In this document: positions 33,532 to 42,567 of the stretch, one piece after another
How the letters are laid out: each line of letters opens with the position of its first letter
Numbering within the stretch: the first letter of the stretch is position 1
Origin: a virus
Taxonomy: Duplodnaviria > Caudoviricetes
Reading direction: 5' to 3' (one strand)
DNA length: 42,567 nucleotides
Virus record (IMG/VR): IMGVR_UViG_3300049564_000008
Coordinates: 1 to 42,567 of that record
Program-made: the position numbers and the translations under genes
Notes under the pieces: generated by a model
Databases searched by the model: none
Told to the model about the DNA's origin: nothing
The model's input: the letters and a program-made list of their open reading frames with translations, nothing else

Positions 33532-35066
33532 TAGAGCCTCGCGGTTAACGAATAGGTGTCGGTCCAGATGGCACCTCCCGTTGCCGTGGCTGCCTTGTAG
33601 GCGTTCGTGGCAGCCGTTCCAGTTTGCTGAAAACTTGCGGCCGTAGCTGGAAAATTAACCTCCTGAATTGCAGTGACCAGCGCAATGGTAGGCGTTGTGC
33701 GCATTTCCGTCTGGTATTGATAATTGCCGCCGTGATTGGTGCCGTTTGTGGATTGGCCTAGCCAGCCAATCAACATCGATTGCCAATAGCGCTTGCACAG
33801 CTGAAGCTCGTTTGGCAAATCAGGCAATTGGTAGTCCGGAGCGACACTGCCTTCATGCAGCGCTACATCGAACAATTCAAAGACAGAAGAATTTGCAATA
33901 TTGTTGCTTACCCCGGTGGGAGCATAGTAAAGCCCCGCTGTCCAGGTATTGGCCGTGGTTTGGTAGGTACTGCCCATATAGAGGCCCCATCGTATATAGA
34001 GCCCTACCGTATTATTTTTTGTCCATGTTCCGCTCTGGTCCAACTGCAGAGTGATGGTTTTGACAACGTCGGTATTGGCCTCACCACCCGCGATGGTGAA
34101 ACTGGTGACATACGAACGATCGTTCGCACCGTTTCCAAATTGGATAGGATATGTACCGGCAGGAGCCTTCACGCCAAAACGAAGTGTGATCGTTTTCGCC
34201 TGGGCAGTGCCTGCCAACAAGTCAGAAACACGAAATCCTTCGATGCCAGTTCGGACAAAGAAAAGGTCACTCGAGCCGACAGAACCAGGACCTGAAACGA
34301 CCGTGATCCGGTGCCGATGTGTTGATCCACCCGGTGTCGAACTAGCCACCTGCGCAAAATTATACGAACCGGCCGTAAAGAAGGTGGCAAACATGTCGGC
34401 AGCGTAGTTTCCCGACACCGTAAGTGTCGTAGTGCCATTCTCCTGGCTGACCTGCATGCCGCCATTGATGGCATAGTTCTTCTTGGTAATATTGATATTG
34501 ACGCGCGCCTGCGCCTGTTGTGGAGCAGTCAACGCTTGCGCGGCGTCATAACGCACCGCGCGATTACCAATCGCGGTGATGCCTGCTGCATCGCCGGTAT
34601 CGACATAACCCTTAGATGCCGCAACCAATATGCCGCTGGGCGTCGAGCTGGAGAGCGTCAGCTCTGCAGTCATCGTGTCGCCGTCACGCGCGACGAAATT
34701 CAGTCGATCGCGGAATAGATGCTGTTCGGTCGCGTTGTCCGAATTGAGCTTGATCGGATCGATCTGGCTGTCGGCGATCGATGCCGTGCCGCCCTGTGCG
34801 AGCAGATTCCAATTTGCCGTCGGCGGCGGCGTTGCGGTCGCGGTGTGCGCGATCACGCAAACGTAGCTGTTGCCCGCGTTTGCAACACCATCGTTGACGA
34901 AATAATTGGTCGTGTTTGACCAATTGCCGCGCCATACTACACCGGGCGATCCGACCGGACCGGTCGGACCGGCCGGACCGGTCGCGCCAGGCACGTTATA
35001 GCGCGGCAGCATCTTCAGCCTGACGATGGCCTTGCGCTGAACCTTGACCTTGATTTGCGCGGTCAT
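33531..35066 (-). CDS. Tail fibre / receptor-binding protein, 511 aa
   Basis: Short collagen repeat (GATGPAGPTGPVGSPG); CBM5/12-like WRGNWS.TTNY..NDGV...SYVC; KNYAINGGMQVSQ...ELQLCKRYWQ domain. Confidence 0.8.
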   Translation of the reverse strand: MTAQIKVKVQRKAIVRLKMLPRYNVPGATGPAGPTGPVGSPGVVWRGNWSNTTNYFVNDGVANAGNSYVCVIAHTATATPPPTANWNLLAQGGTASIADSQIDPIKLNSDNATEQHLFRDRLNFVARDGDTMTAELTLSSSTPSGILVAASKGYVDTGDAAGITAIGNRAVRYDAAQALTAPQQAQARVNINITKKNYAINGGMQVSQENGTTTLTVSGNYAADMFATFFTAGSYNFAQVASSTPGGSTHRHRITVVSGPGSVGSSDLFFVRTGIEGFRVSDLLAGTAQAKTITLRFGVKAPAGTYPIQFGNGANDRSYVTSFTIAGGEANTDVVKTITLQLDQSGTWTKNNTVGLYIRWGLYMGSTYQTTANTWTAGLYYAPTGVSNNIANSSVFELFDVALHEGSVAPDYQLPDLPNELQLCKRYWQSMLIGWLGQSTNGTNHGGNYQYQTEMRTTPTIALVTAIQEVNFPATAASFQQTGTAATNAYKAATATGGAIWTDTYSLTARL

Positions 35067-35404
35067 AACGAAGCCGCCACGTTATATACGCTTATCGTGC
35101 CAATGATCAGATCAGAGGTTCCACCACTCAAACGAAAAATGCCGTCAATCTGATACGACCCAGGCTTTAGGGAAGCCATTACAGTCGCGGGAATTGTCAG
35201 TTCCAGAACTGTCGCGCTCGGTTGCGTAATTCCATTGCCAATGGTCGCATTGAATCGCGTGCAGCAGGTATCTATTTCAGATATCGCTATCGCTACCGCT
35301 GCCCCGGTGAAATCGATATCGGCGCCTGTATCTGAATTTGTCGCACTGATGTCTATGATGAAATCAGCCTTGTTCGAGGCGTCAAAACTGGTGTTGTAGG
35401 CCAT
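35063..35404 (-). CDS. Tail adaptor-like beta-sandwich protein (BppU-N-like), 113 aa
   Basis: IDFTGA...LTIPATVMASL.PGSY...L..GTISV pattern; lies between fibre genes. Confidence 0.55.
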   Translation of the reverse strand: MAYNTSFDASNKADFIIDISATNSDTGADIDFTGAAVAIAISEIDTCCTRFNATIGNGITQPSATVLELTIPATVMASLKPGSYQIDGIFRLSGGTSDLIIGTISVYNVAASL

Positions 35405-35407
35405 GAT

Positions 35408-36523
35408 CTACAACTTTATGTAGGTTGTGATGAGCATGGAGGGCGACAGTACGCTGATGGGCGTCTGTGATCCGCCGGAAGGCACCGAGCCGATAAGCGA
35501 CAAGCCACCCGTGAGGGAAACGCTGCCGGTTAACGACACCCCACCAGTGCGGGTTATTCCAGTGGTGTTGGAGCCTGTAGTCTGCCCGTTTGTAAACGAT
35601 GCCAGGCCGCCGGCTGTGATATTGCCGCCTCCAGCCGTCGCACCACTTGGCACTGAGTGGGTGTGGCCGGGATCATTTAGTCCAAGCGTGTCGGATATGG
35701 CGTGCGTGTCGGATATACCAAGAGTGTTACTGATCGATAACGTACTCGGAAGGTTATAATTAGGCATATTCGTCTGAGCGAGAGTTTTTGTTTCCGTTCC
35801 GCATGCAGTGCCGAGCACTGTCGGCGTGGCACATGACGCAGTTGTCAGATTGGCCGCGGCGTTCCCCATATCGGCCAGTGAAACCAGGCCGCGACCGCGC
35901 ATGTCCGGCAATGTGATGGTCTTATTTGCATTCCAATCATTGATCGAAGACACGCCGCGACCGCCCGAAACCGCAAGATTTGCATCGTTGTTCCAGAGAT
36001 ATTCAAACAGCGGCTGCGCGTCCGCGTTTGCCCGTTCGGTGGCACCTGACGAGGCTGAACCGATCGTGCGGCCATTCATCCGCACGAACCCAGACAGAAT
36101 GGCCGTGCCGTAGCGAGTCTTGATGTCGCCGGTCGTCAGGACCGTAGAGGGATCGGTAGACCCGCCACCCCCGCCACCGCCCGATGGTCCGATGACCAAA
36201 ATGCCGTCCGCGGTCAGGACATCGACGCCGGTCGATTTGGTCAGGCGGACCTTGATTGACCCATCTGCGAGGAAGAACTGGCCAATTCTGCCTGCTGCAT
36301 CGCAGCGCAACGGATTGGGCGTGACGATCGTCAATGCCGAGTCCTGGTACCCGTTCTGGGGAGTGCTGACGGTGCCGGCCTGGATGAGATACAAGAAGCA
36401 ACCCGCGAGAGGGTTGCCAAACTCATCCAGTTGCTGGCTTAATGAAAATGGAATTGTGCCGGACCCAATCGCCGGGCAACAAAAAAGCGCCCAAAGAGCG
36501 CTGATCAGTCCGAGCTTTTTCAT
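35408..36523 (-). CDS. Tail fibre with head-binding-like N-domain and tail-collar domain, preceded by a signal peptide, 371 aa
   Basis: ATG 36523 after AGGA; MKKLGLISALWALFCCPAIG signal; DEFGNPLAG..LY..AGT...NPLRCDAAGRI; TGDIK...GFVRMNG...LPDMRGR collar; ends TYIKL. Confidence 0.75.
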   Translation of the reverse strand: MKKLGLISALWALFCCPAIGSGTIPFSLSQQLDEFGNPLAGCFLYLIQAGTVSTPQNGYQDSALTIVTPNPLRCDAAGRIGQFFLADGSIKVRLTKSTGVDVLTADGILVIGPSGGGGGGGSTDPSTVLTTGDIKTRYGTAILSGFVRMNGRTIGSASSGATERANADAQPLFEYLWNNDANLAVSGGRGVSSINDWNANKTITLPDMRGRGLVSLADMGNAAANLTTASCATPTVLGTACGTETKTLAQTNMPNYNLPSTLSISNTLGISDTHAISDTLGLNDPGHTHSVPSGATAGGGNITAGGLASFTNGQTTGSNTTGITRTGGVSLTGSVSLTGGLSLIGSVPSGGSQTPISVLSPSMLITTYIKL

Positions 36524-36585
36524 GGTCCTATCGGCCTCTTGTTCTTCTGTTGTTCTTCTGTTCTTGCTTGCATTACCTAACGGCA

Positions 36586-38937
36586 CTATTGCGAGACTTG
36601 GTCCATCAAGGAGTCATGATCGTGCTGCGCCGGCTTGTTCATGCGATTAATCAGCGACTGCGCCACAGCGCCCGCCCCGGCAGCCGCTCGAGCGGGACCA
36701 ATGTCATGCGCGGCAACACGGGCGCCGGCAGCGGTGGCGGTGCGCAGTGCGTCGAAATACTCGGGCCGCGCGGACACGAGCTTGATGCCTTTCGCAAGAA
36801 CGGACGGATCGTTCGAAGCGAGGATTTCGCCCACGCGGCGAGCCACCTTTTGGTCGATTACCTTTGCGCCGTGACGAGCCGCACCAAGAGTGAGCGCACC
36901 AGCGATGACATGCGCCGGGTTGAAGCCCTGTTCGTTGAGTCCTTCAAGCGCGGCGACGGCCCCGCCGCCGGCAAGACCGGCTTCCGCGAGTTGCCGCACC
37001 GTGGACGAATTGCCCAGGGCTTTGCGCGCTTCATCAACAACCGTCTCGACCCGCAACAGCGCTTCAAGTTCCCGGGCACGCGAAGTTCCGAGCGCGATCT
37101 TGATCTTCTGCAACGCAGGCCCGTTATTGAGAAAGATCGACTTGAGTACGTCACGGTTAAACCCGGTCTTCTCGATCTTGTCGGCAAGGTCAGAGGCAAA
37201 GCCACGCGCGAATAGTTCACGCTCCGGAGCGCTCATTGTGGACAGAACCTTGCGCGCTTCATGCAGGCTGGCACTTGAAAGGACGAAGTTCTGTCCCGCC
37301 TCAACGGCATTCGTGGCGCCAAAAAATGATGCCGCCGTGCCGCGCGCTGCCTTGAATTGTGGGACCAGACGATCGAGTTCCTGGTTCAACTGCTTGTGCA
37401 ACCCAAACATCGCCCCGGCTTCTTCATTGGCTCCAGCGCGCCGAGCTTTTTCCGCCAAGTCCTTGAGTTCGCGCTGCGCATAGTCCCAGAACTGAATGTT
37501 CGGATAAGTCGGAACACCCTTTGGTCCCTTGTTGAACGTCACGACGCCGCTCGGCGAAACCGTGATCGCAGGATTGAAACCGCCCATGCCGTCAAGCACG
37601 GCACGGTCCTTGCCGCGCGTTGCCGCACCGCCAATTGCCTTTTCAACTGACGGACTGGAAACAAGCCTCTCGAGTTCGGGCGACCAGATGGGCCGGTCGC
37701 CAGCCGCATATGCACTTCTATATGCTGGAGCATTCGCGCGCCGCGCCGCAGACTCCAACGCATCAATGTTCTGACCGGCGTGTCCACCTCCGGTTACTTG
37801 CCGAATGAAGCCACCAATTCGTGTCCCCTGATCTTCAAATCGCGGCTCGACCACGGCATTGATCGCAGCACGCCCTTCCGGAGACGTGTTCGCCGCCGAT
37901 CGCATAAGCGCCTTAGTTCTCTCACCCCCGGCGTCCATGATCGTCCGCGGCGTCCCGGCCGCATTTGCCGCCATGATTTCCTCAGGGCTGAGCCTTGCAC
38001 CGCCCTGCTCGAAATCGGACCGCAGGGCGCTAACCACGCGGCGTCCGGCCTCGGCATCAACGTCGCGTGTCCCGCGTATGATCGACGCAATCTTGTTTGC
38101 GCCCTGCCCGAGCATTTCGGCCCCGACAGAGCCGACCGTTCCAAACAGTCCCCCGAGCGCAGCGCCCTTGCCTGCGCTCTTGGCCACATCGACGGGGGAT
38201 TGACCTTCGCTCGTGGCCTCACCACCGCCGTAGAGACCGCCAGCAATGGTTCCGGCGGTCAATGCGTTCAGTACCCGCCCGCCCGTCGTTGCCGCCGCCT
38301 TGGCCACCCCAAAGCCGGGAGAGACGAGCGCGCCGCCGAGCTGACCGGCAACGTAGGCGTAAGGATGCTGTTCGGACGAAAGGTTCTGATCGCCCATCGA
38401 TGCCTCGCGCCCGCGATCATAGGCAGCGCGCACCTCCGGATCGGGATGGTCCACCAGCCACTCATGCAAGAGCTTCGCTGCACCAACGACCGGCCGAACC
38501 GGGTTGATGTCGATTTGGTCCGGTTTTTCCGCCGCGCTCGGCATTCCGGATGCCTCGGCAAGCCCGGCGATCGATGGGGCAAAGCCGAACGTCAGTGAAT
38601 TGAGCAGGCCGCGAGTTGCCGCCTCCTCGCCCGGCACGGCGCGGCTTGGCGGTTTATCGGCCACTTTCGGGGGGGCATCGGGGAAAGCCGCGAATGGATC
38701 GCCTGCCGCCTGCCCTGCGGGCGCCGCCGGCGGCGCGTCTGGAAATCCCGCGAACGGATCGGCGGGCCGCGCGACGGGGGCCGCTACCGGCGCCTGGGCC
38801 GGTTGCTGCGGTCCCGGCGTAACCCGGATGCGCAGCGGCTGGTTAGGCTCAGGAGACCCCGCGACAGTCGGGAGGTCGACCGGAGGCAAGTTAGGAGCGA
38901 CATCCTGTCCCGGCTGGACCGTGTAAAGTTGGCTCAT
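36586..38937 (-). CDS. DNA ejection protein (P22 gp16 position), 783 aa
   Basis: Ala/Gly-rich helical protein; DPFA.FPDAPP repeats; SLTFGFAPSIAG; third gene of the triplet. Confidence 0.7.
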   Translation of the reverse strand: MSQLYTVQPGQDVAPNLPPVDLPTVAGSPEPNQPLRIRVTPGPQQPAQAPVAAPVARPADPFAGFPDAPPAAPAGQAAGDPFAAFPDAPPKVADKPPSRAVPGEEAATRGLLNSLTFGFAPSIAGLAEASGMPSAAEKPDQIDINPVRPVVGAAKLLHEWLVDHPDPEVRAAYDRGREASMGDQNLSSEQHPYAYVAGQLGGALVSPGFGVAKAAATTGGRVLNALTAGTIAGGLYGGGEATSEGQSPVDVAKSAGKGAALGGLFGTVGSVGAEMLGQGANKIASIIRGTRDVDAEAGRRVVSALRSDFEQGGARLSPEEIMAANAAGTPRTIMDAGGERTKALMRSAANTSPEGRAAINAVVEPRFEDQGTRIGGFIRQVTGGGHAGQNIDALESAARRANAPAYRSAYAAGDRPIWSPELERLVSSPSVEKAIGGAATRGKDRAVLDGMGGFNPAITVSPSGVVTFNKGPKGVPTYPNIQFWDYAQRELKDLAEKARRAGANEEAGAMFGLHKQLNQELDRLVPQFKAARGTAASFFGATNAVEAGQNFVLSSASLHEARKVLSTMSAPERELFARGFASDLADKIEKTGFNRDVLKSIFLNNGPALQKIKIALGTSRARELEALLRVETVVDEARKALGNSSTVRQLAEAGLAGGGAVAALEGLNEQGFNPAHVIAGALTLGAARHGAKVIDQKVARRVGEILASNDPSVLAKGIKLVSARPEYFDALRTATAAGARVAAHDIGPARAAAGAGAVAQSLINRMNKPAQHDHDSLMDQVSQ

Positions 38938-40703
38938 GGAACGTACTTCAGGCGGCCGTCAGGCGTCTGGAAAGGCGATCCCCTGGGAAGTCCAGCATTG
39001 CGAACCGCATCCGGCGTTGCGAACACGGGCGGTGCAATAATACGCGGATCTTTGAGTTCCGCCGAACTAACGACCGGATGTTGCTGAACCCATGCTCGAG
39101 CCGCCGTATCGAACCCGGGATTGAGCCGCCCGCCGTTGTAGTTTCTGGCGAGTTCATCAAGGCCAAGCGTCTGTTGATGCATGCGGGTTGAGAGTTCGAC
39201 CAGAAGCCGGTTCGCCGCGGGCGTATTCTCCTGATTTGCCGCGGCCTTTTCAATAATGCGAACTTCAGGAATTGAAATTCGGCCAACGCCGGATTCCGCC
39301 AGTGACCTGATCTGCGAACGAACGCTATCGGAAATGATCTTGCGAAACGCTTCCTGCGGCTGGGCGGCATTGGCCTGCGACGGATCGATCGTCGCCAGAA
39401 TGCGCTTGTAGGCAAGATTGAGCCCTTCGACCGGACCTGTATAGAAATCCGGGCTTGCCATGATCTGCTTGGCAAGCGCCAGTTTGGGCAACTCTATTGC
39501 GGATTCACCGCCTGCCTTCGTGATCGCGTCATACTTCTTGATGTACGATTTGGTGTTCTCGGCGGCGTAAGTCTTATCTTCTTCTTCTTTAACCGCCAAC
39601 TCTTGCATCGTGCCGGGAAAGCCCTCAAGCTTCTTTTGAGCGTAGTTCTTTTGCTCTGGAGTCAATTCACTGTTCTTCGATAATCTTTCTAGTTGAATTT
39701 TTGCGAGAGCAATATTTTCCGGTGGCGAGCGGGGATCGCTCATTACCCCACCGAAATAGCTAATAAGACGCTCGGCCCGCGATGGCGTCGGGGGGGCCTG
39801 CGTTGTCGTCAGTTCGCTAGTGACGGGCGACGGCTGACTTTGGGTTATGGCCTGCGTCGGAACCGGCGTCGGCACAATCGGAGCGGAGGAGCCCGGCACG
39901 GGCTGGCCTGCCATTGGCGGGACGGCTTGTGCAAACTGCGGCCCCGGCGCGCCCGGCGGCCTCGGCTGGGGCATCGGCGCCCCGCCCGGTTGCAGGAGCG
40001 GCTGCGGGGGCGGCGCGGACTGACCATCCGGAATGACATTGCCGAGGCTGGCGCGCTTCAATTGCTGCAGGGCCGGGACAAGCACATTGCGCACTTGCGG
40101 GTCGTTGACATCGATCTGATCTCCCGGAGCTACGCCGAGTTGACGCGCCACGCTCGCACTCGCATTCTCAAGGTCAGTGTTAGGAATACCTGTTGCGGCC
40201 ACAATTTGCATAACCGTTGAGCCACCTTGCGAGCCCGCCGCGGCTTGGGGCTGCTGGGCGCCGCCACGAAACTGCGGAGGCGGGGTCGTCGCGGGGGCTT
40301 GGCGATTGACAGACGGCGGGAGTGAAGGCTGAGGTGCAGACGGGAGAGTTGGAGGCGTCTGTGTAGGATCGCCACCCTCCATAACCCGCCGCATATCGCC
40401 ACTTTGCACATTCCCAAATCTCATTTTCTGCCGAGCAATGTCGACATTTTCCGTCGAAACGGCCGTCGGGACATCTCCATGTCCAAGCAATGCCTTGCTT
40501 ATCTGACCCCAATCAACCGAGGTCGTGCCATCGGGATTCTGAATTGTCGGAATGCCGCCCTTGAACAGGTCGCGGCCTTCCTGCGTGTAGGCCCGATCCC
40601 TGCCCTTCCAATACGCCTCCGGAATATCCGCAAGCCCGGAAAAGTCGGCGCGCGAGGTTGCGCCCTGGCCGCCGGCGATGATCTGGTCGATGTCAGCCAT
40701 CAA
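38934..40703 (-). CDS. DNA ejection protein (P22 gp20 position), 589 aa
   Basis: Pro/Gln-rich linker plus helical domain; ends GSPFQTPDGRLKYVP; synteny. Confidence 0.7.
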   Translation of the reverse strand: MMADIDQIIAGGQGATSRADFSGLADIPEAYWKGRDRAYTQEGRDLFKGGIPTIQNPDGTTSVDWGQISKALLGHGDVPTAVSTENVDIARQKMRFGNVQSGDMRRVMEGGDPTQTPPTLPSAPQPSLPPSVNRQAPATTPPPQFRGGAQQPQAAAGSQGGSTVMQIVAATGIPNTDLENASASVARQLGVAPGDQIDVNDPQVRNVLVPALQQLKRASLGNVIPDGQSAPPPQPLLQPGGAPMPQPRPPGAPGPQFAQAVPPMAGQPVPGSSAPIVPTPVPTQAITQSQPSPVTSELTTTQAPPTPSRAERLISYFGGVMSDPRSPPENIALAKIQLERLSKNSELTPEQKNYAQKKLEGFPGTMQELAVKEEEDKTYAAENTKSYIKKYDAITKAGGESAIELPKLALAKQIMASPDFYTGPVEGLNLAYKRILATIDPSQANAAQPQEAFRKIISDSVRSQIRSLAESGVGRISIPEVRIIEKAAANQENTPAANRLLVELSTRMHQQTLGLDELARNYNGGRLNPGFDTAARAWVQQHPVVSSAELKDPRIIAPPVFATPDAVRNAGLPRGSPFQTPDGRLKYVP

Positions 40704-41701
40704 TAGCCCCAGCTATTGTTCAGGAACGACGAGGACGGCAGGAATGAGTTGCTGGCGCCGCCGCCGCCGCCACCGGCGGCGCCACCAAGCCCAAGTCCAC
40801 TTGCCAAACTTCCAATGCCGCCGATCCCGCCGGCCCCACCTGAAGCAAGTTTGGCCACACCCATAATCGCATTGAGCTGGTTTTGCCCGACATTGTAGTT
40901 GTTCATCGTGGCTGCGGCGTTGGTCGCGCCCTGCCCCGTGTAGTTGGCATTCGCCGCCCCGCCCTGCCCCGCATAGGAAGCATTGAGTGCGTTACCCTGC
41001 CCTTGATAGGCGGCATCGGTCAGTCCACCTTGGTTCGCATAGTTGGCGGCGAGACCTGTCCCTTGAGTGCCGTAGCTCGTATTAAGCGTATTGCCCAGAT
41101 GCTCGAGCGCGCCCGCCTGACCTGCCGTTGCGGCCGCCGCACCCTGTCCTGCCATCCCCAGATAGGGCTGAAGCCGGGAGACGTAGTTGCCATAGCCCTG
41201 ATCAGCGAGACCTTGCGAGAATCTCAGGGTATCGGCATCGGCATTGCCGCTGGCGAGATTTCCAGATGCGGCGTGCGTGCGCTGTAGCGCCTGTAGGCCC
41301 TGATCCATCTGGAAACCGTAGCCCGGATCGGTCTGAAAGGCGGCTCGCGCTCGCGCCTGCCCCTCCGGACCATTCGCTCCAGTCGCATCCCCGTAGGCAC
41401 TCGCTCCTCCGCCGTAGAGCCCCTGGAAATAGTTGCCAAGCCCCGCATACAGATTGCCGGCCTGGCCGTAATTCGCGCTGGCAGCATCCCGGCCCGCCGC
41501 AAGGTTGCTTGTGAGCGCGTCTCGCCCCACACCATAATTGTTCTGCAGCGCGGTGATGCCTTGGCCATAATTCTCCGTTAGCGCACCGCGGCCCTGCCCA
41601 TAGGCATCAGTCAGCGCATTATAGCCCTGCTGAAGACCCAGATTACGCTGCGCCGCAGCCTGTTCGGCCGTGTCATTACTGAACAAATCGAATAAACCAA
41701 T
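40700..41701 (-). CDS. DNA ejection protein (P22 gp7-like); probable ATT start, 333 aa
   Basis: Gly/Ala/Asn/Gln-rich; FQTDPGYGFQMDQG...ASGNLASG...YGNYVSRL motif; AAGGAG 8 nt before ATT-GGT-TTA-TTC-GAT. Confidence 0.75.
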   Translation of the reverse strand: MGLFDLFSNDTAEQAAAQRNLGLQQGYNALTDAYGQGRGALTENYGQGITALQNNYGVGRDALTSNLAAGRDAASANYGQAGNLYAGLGNYFQGLYGGGASAYGDATGANGPEGQARARAAFQTDPGYGFQMDQGLQALQRTHAASGNLASGNADADTLRFSQGLADQGYGNYVSRLQPYLGMAGQGAAAATAGQAGALEHLGNTLNTSYGTQGTGLAANYANQGGLTDAAYQGQGNALNASYAGQGGAANANYTGQGATNAAATMNNYNVGQNQLNAIMGVAKLASGGAGGIGGIGSLASGLGLGGAAGGGGGGASNSFLPSSSFLNNSWGY

Positions 41702-41716
41702 GACACATACTCCTTG

Positions 41717-42567
41717 TCAGTTACCCGCTATGATGGTCCAGTTTACGCCATCGGACTGGAGTGTCGCCCAACTTCCCTGTATCGCGCTCAGAATGGCCGT
41801 CCCCGCGGCGCCGCCTATCCGCGGCACGATGTTCGCTGAGGCGCTGCTAACTGTCTGCGGTGTTACATTTTTCATATTGAAGATCTTGCCGGGATTGGTC
41901 GACGCGGCCGGAAGTGTCGTTGTATGAGCCGATGACGAGCCGTAGATCACCGTCACCTCGGTGTTGGCGATCGTGCTGGTCGTTGCGGTAATCGCTAGCG
42001 GCTTTTGCTGCGAGATGGTTCCATCCGACAGGCGAATGACTTCACTGCCATCGCCGAAACCAAGAATACCACCGGGCACTGTTCCGGTGAGACTGAACAG
42101 ATCCAAAACCGCGCCAGCATGCAGCACGTATGTCGCGCCTGTTGCCGCCCCACCGTTGACGATGGTTGAACTGACAAAAGACACGACGCCATTGTGCTCG
42201 CCAAAGACAAAGGCGGCAAAAGCCGGCGTTCCGACGATGGTTAGTATGCAAGACGGCTCGAACGAGATAAAACCGTTGTCCGACCCTATGCAGAAGATCG
42301 TTCCGCTGCTGCCGATGCTCTCCACCGACTGGCCATTGACCAGCGAAGTGATCGCGCAACTGCTGGTATCAATCGCGAGGTTGTTAGTGCCGCTGCCTTT
42401 CCAATAGCAATTATCGAAGATAACCGAATTGCTCTGAAAACAGCCGATGGCAGGAAAGCACCCTGTAACGTCGAAACGCATGTTCTTGAAGATCACGGTA
42501 GGCCCGCCGGGGTCCTGCATCTGCATAATGCTGCCGCTGCTGCTCGACAGCGTGACTGCCTGCACAT
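41717..42567 (-). CDS. 3' part of the origin-spanning tail needle/spike-like protein
   Basis: In frame with 1..464; beta-helix-like repeats; C-terminal TLPAAS.NPGK...LQSDGVNWTII fibre-tip motif. Confidence 0.8.
   Translation of the reverse strand, partial: VQAVTLSSSSGSIMQMQDPGGPTVIFKNMRFDVTGCFPAIGCFQSNSVIFDNCYWKGSGTNNLAIDTSSCAITSLVNGQSVESIGSSGTIFCIGSDNGFISFEPSCILTIVGTPAFAAFVFGEHNGVVSFVSSTIVNGGAATGATYVLHAGAVLDLFSLTGTVPGGILGFGDGSEVIRLSDGTISQQKPLAITATTSTIANTEVTVIYGSSSAHTTTLPAASTNPGKIFNMKNVTPQTVSSASANIVPRIGGAAGTAILSAIQGSWATLQSDGVNWTIIAGN
42441..42567. repeat. Terminal direct repeat, right copy
   Basis: Identical to 1-127. Confidence 0.95.

Overview
The window is an apparently complete, circularly assembled temperate phage genome of about 42,440 bp; bases 1-127 recur exactly at 42441-42567. 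Its architecture is P22-like podovirus. The minus-strand late operon encodes TerS, TerL, portal, scaffold, major capsid, head-tail adaptor, gp10-like nozzle, three ejection proteins and tail fibres. A cro/cI switch with four 17-bp operators lies at 24.85-25.63 kb, followed by a plus-strand early arm ending in xis/int and a recognisable attP. GcrA, GAGLPGL-type C-terminal sorting signals and ~60% GC point to an alphaproteobacterial (Hyphomicrobiales/Bradyrhizobium-like) host; this is inference. The most unusual features are: (1) an early block with two paralogous beta-class DNA methyltransferases flanking a GcrA homologue and a CtrA/OmpR-like winged-helix protein; (2) two PEP-CTERM-like surface proteins flanking the integrase; (3) no recognisable endolysin, yet signal peptides on two virion-module proteins; (4) a stand-alone ADP-ribosyltransferase-like gene and a glycosyltransferase in the head/tail module; (5) a 7-kb appendage-like cassette between portal and scaffold; (6) structured non-coding elements, namely a three-way-junction RNA before the portal gene and a conserved-loop hairpin array before the scaffold gene. 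All family calls come from visual motif recognition and synteny; no database searches were run.
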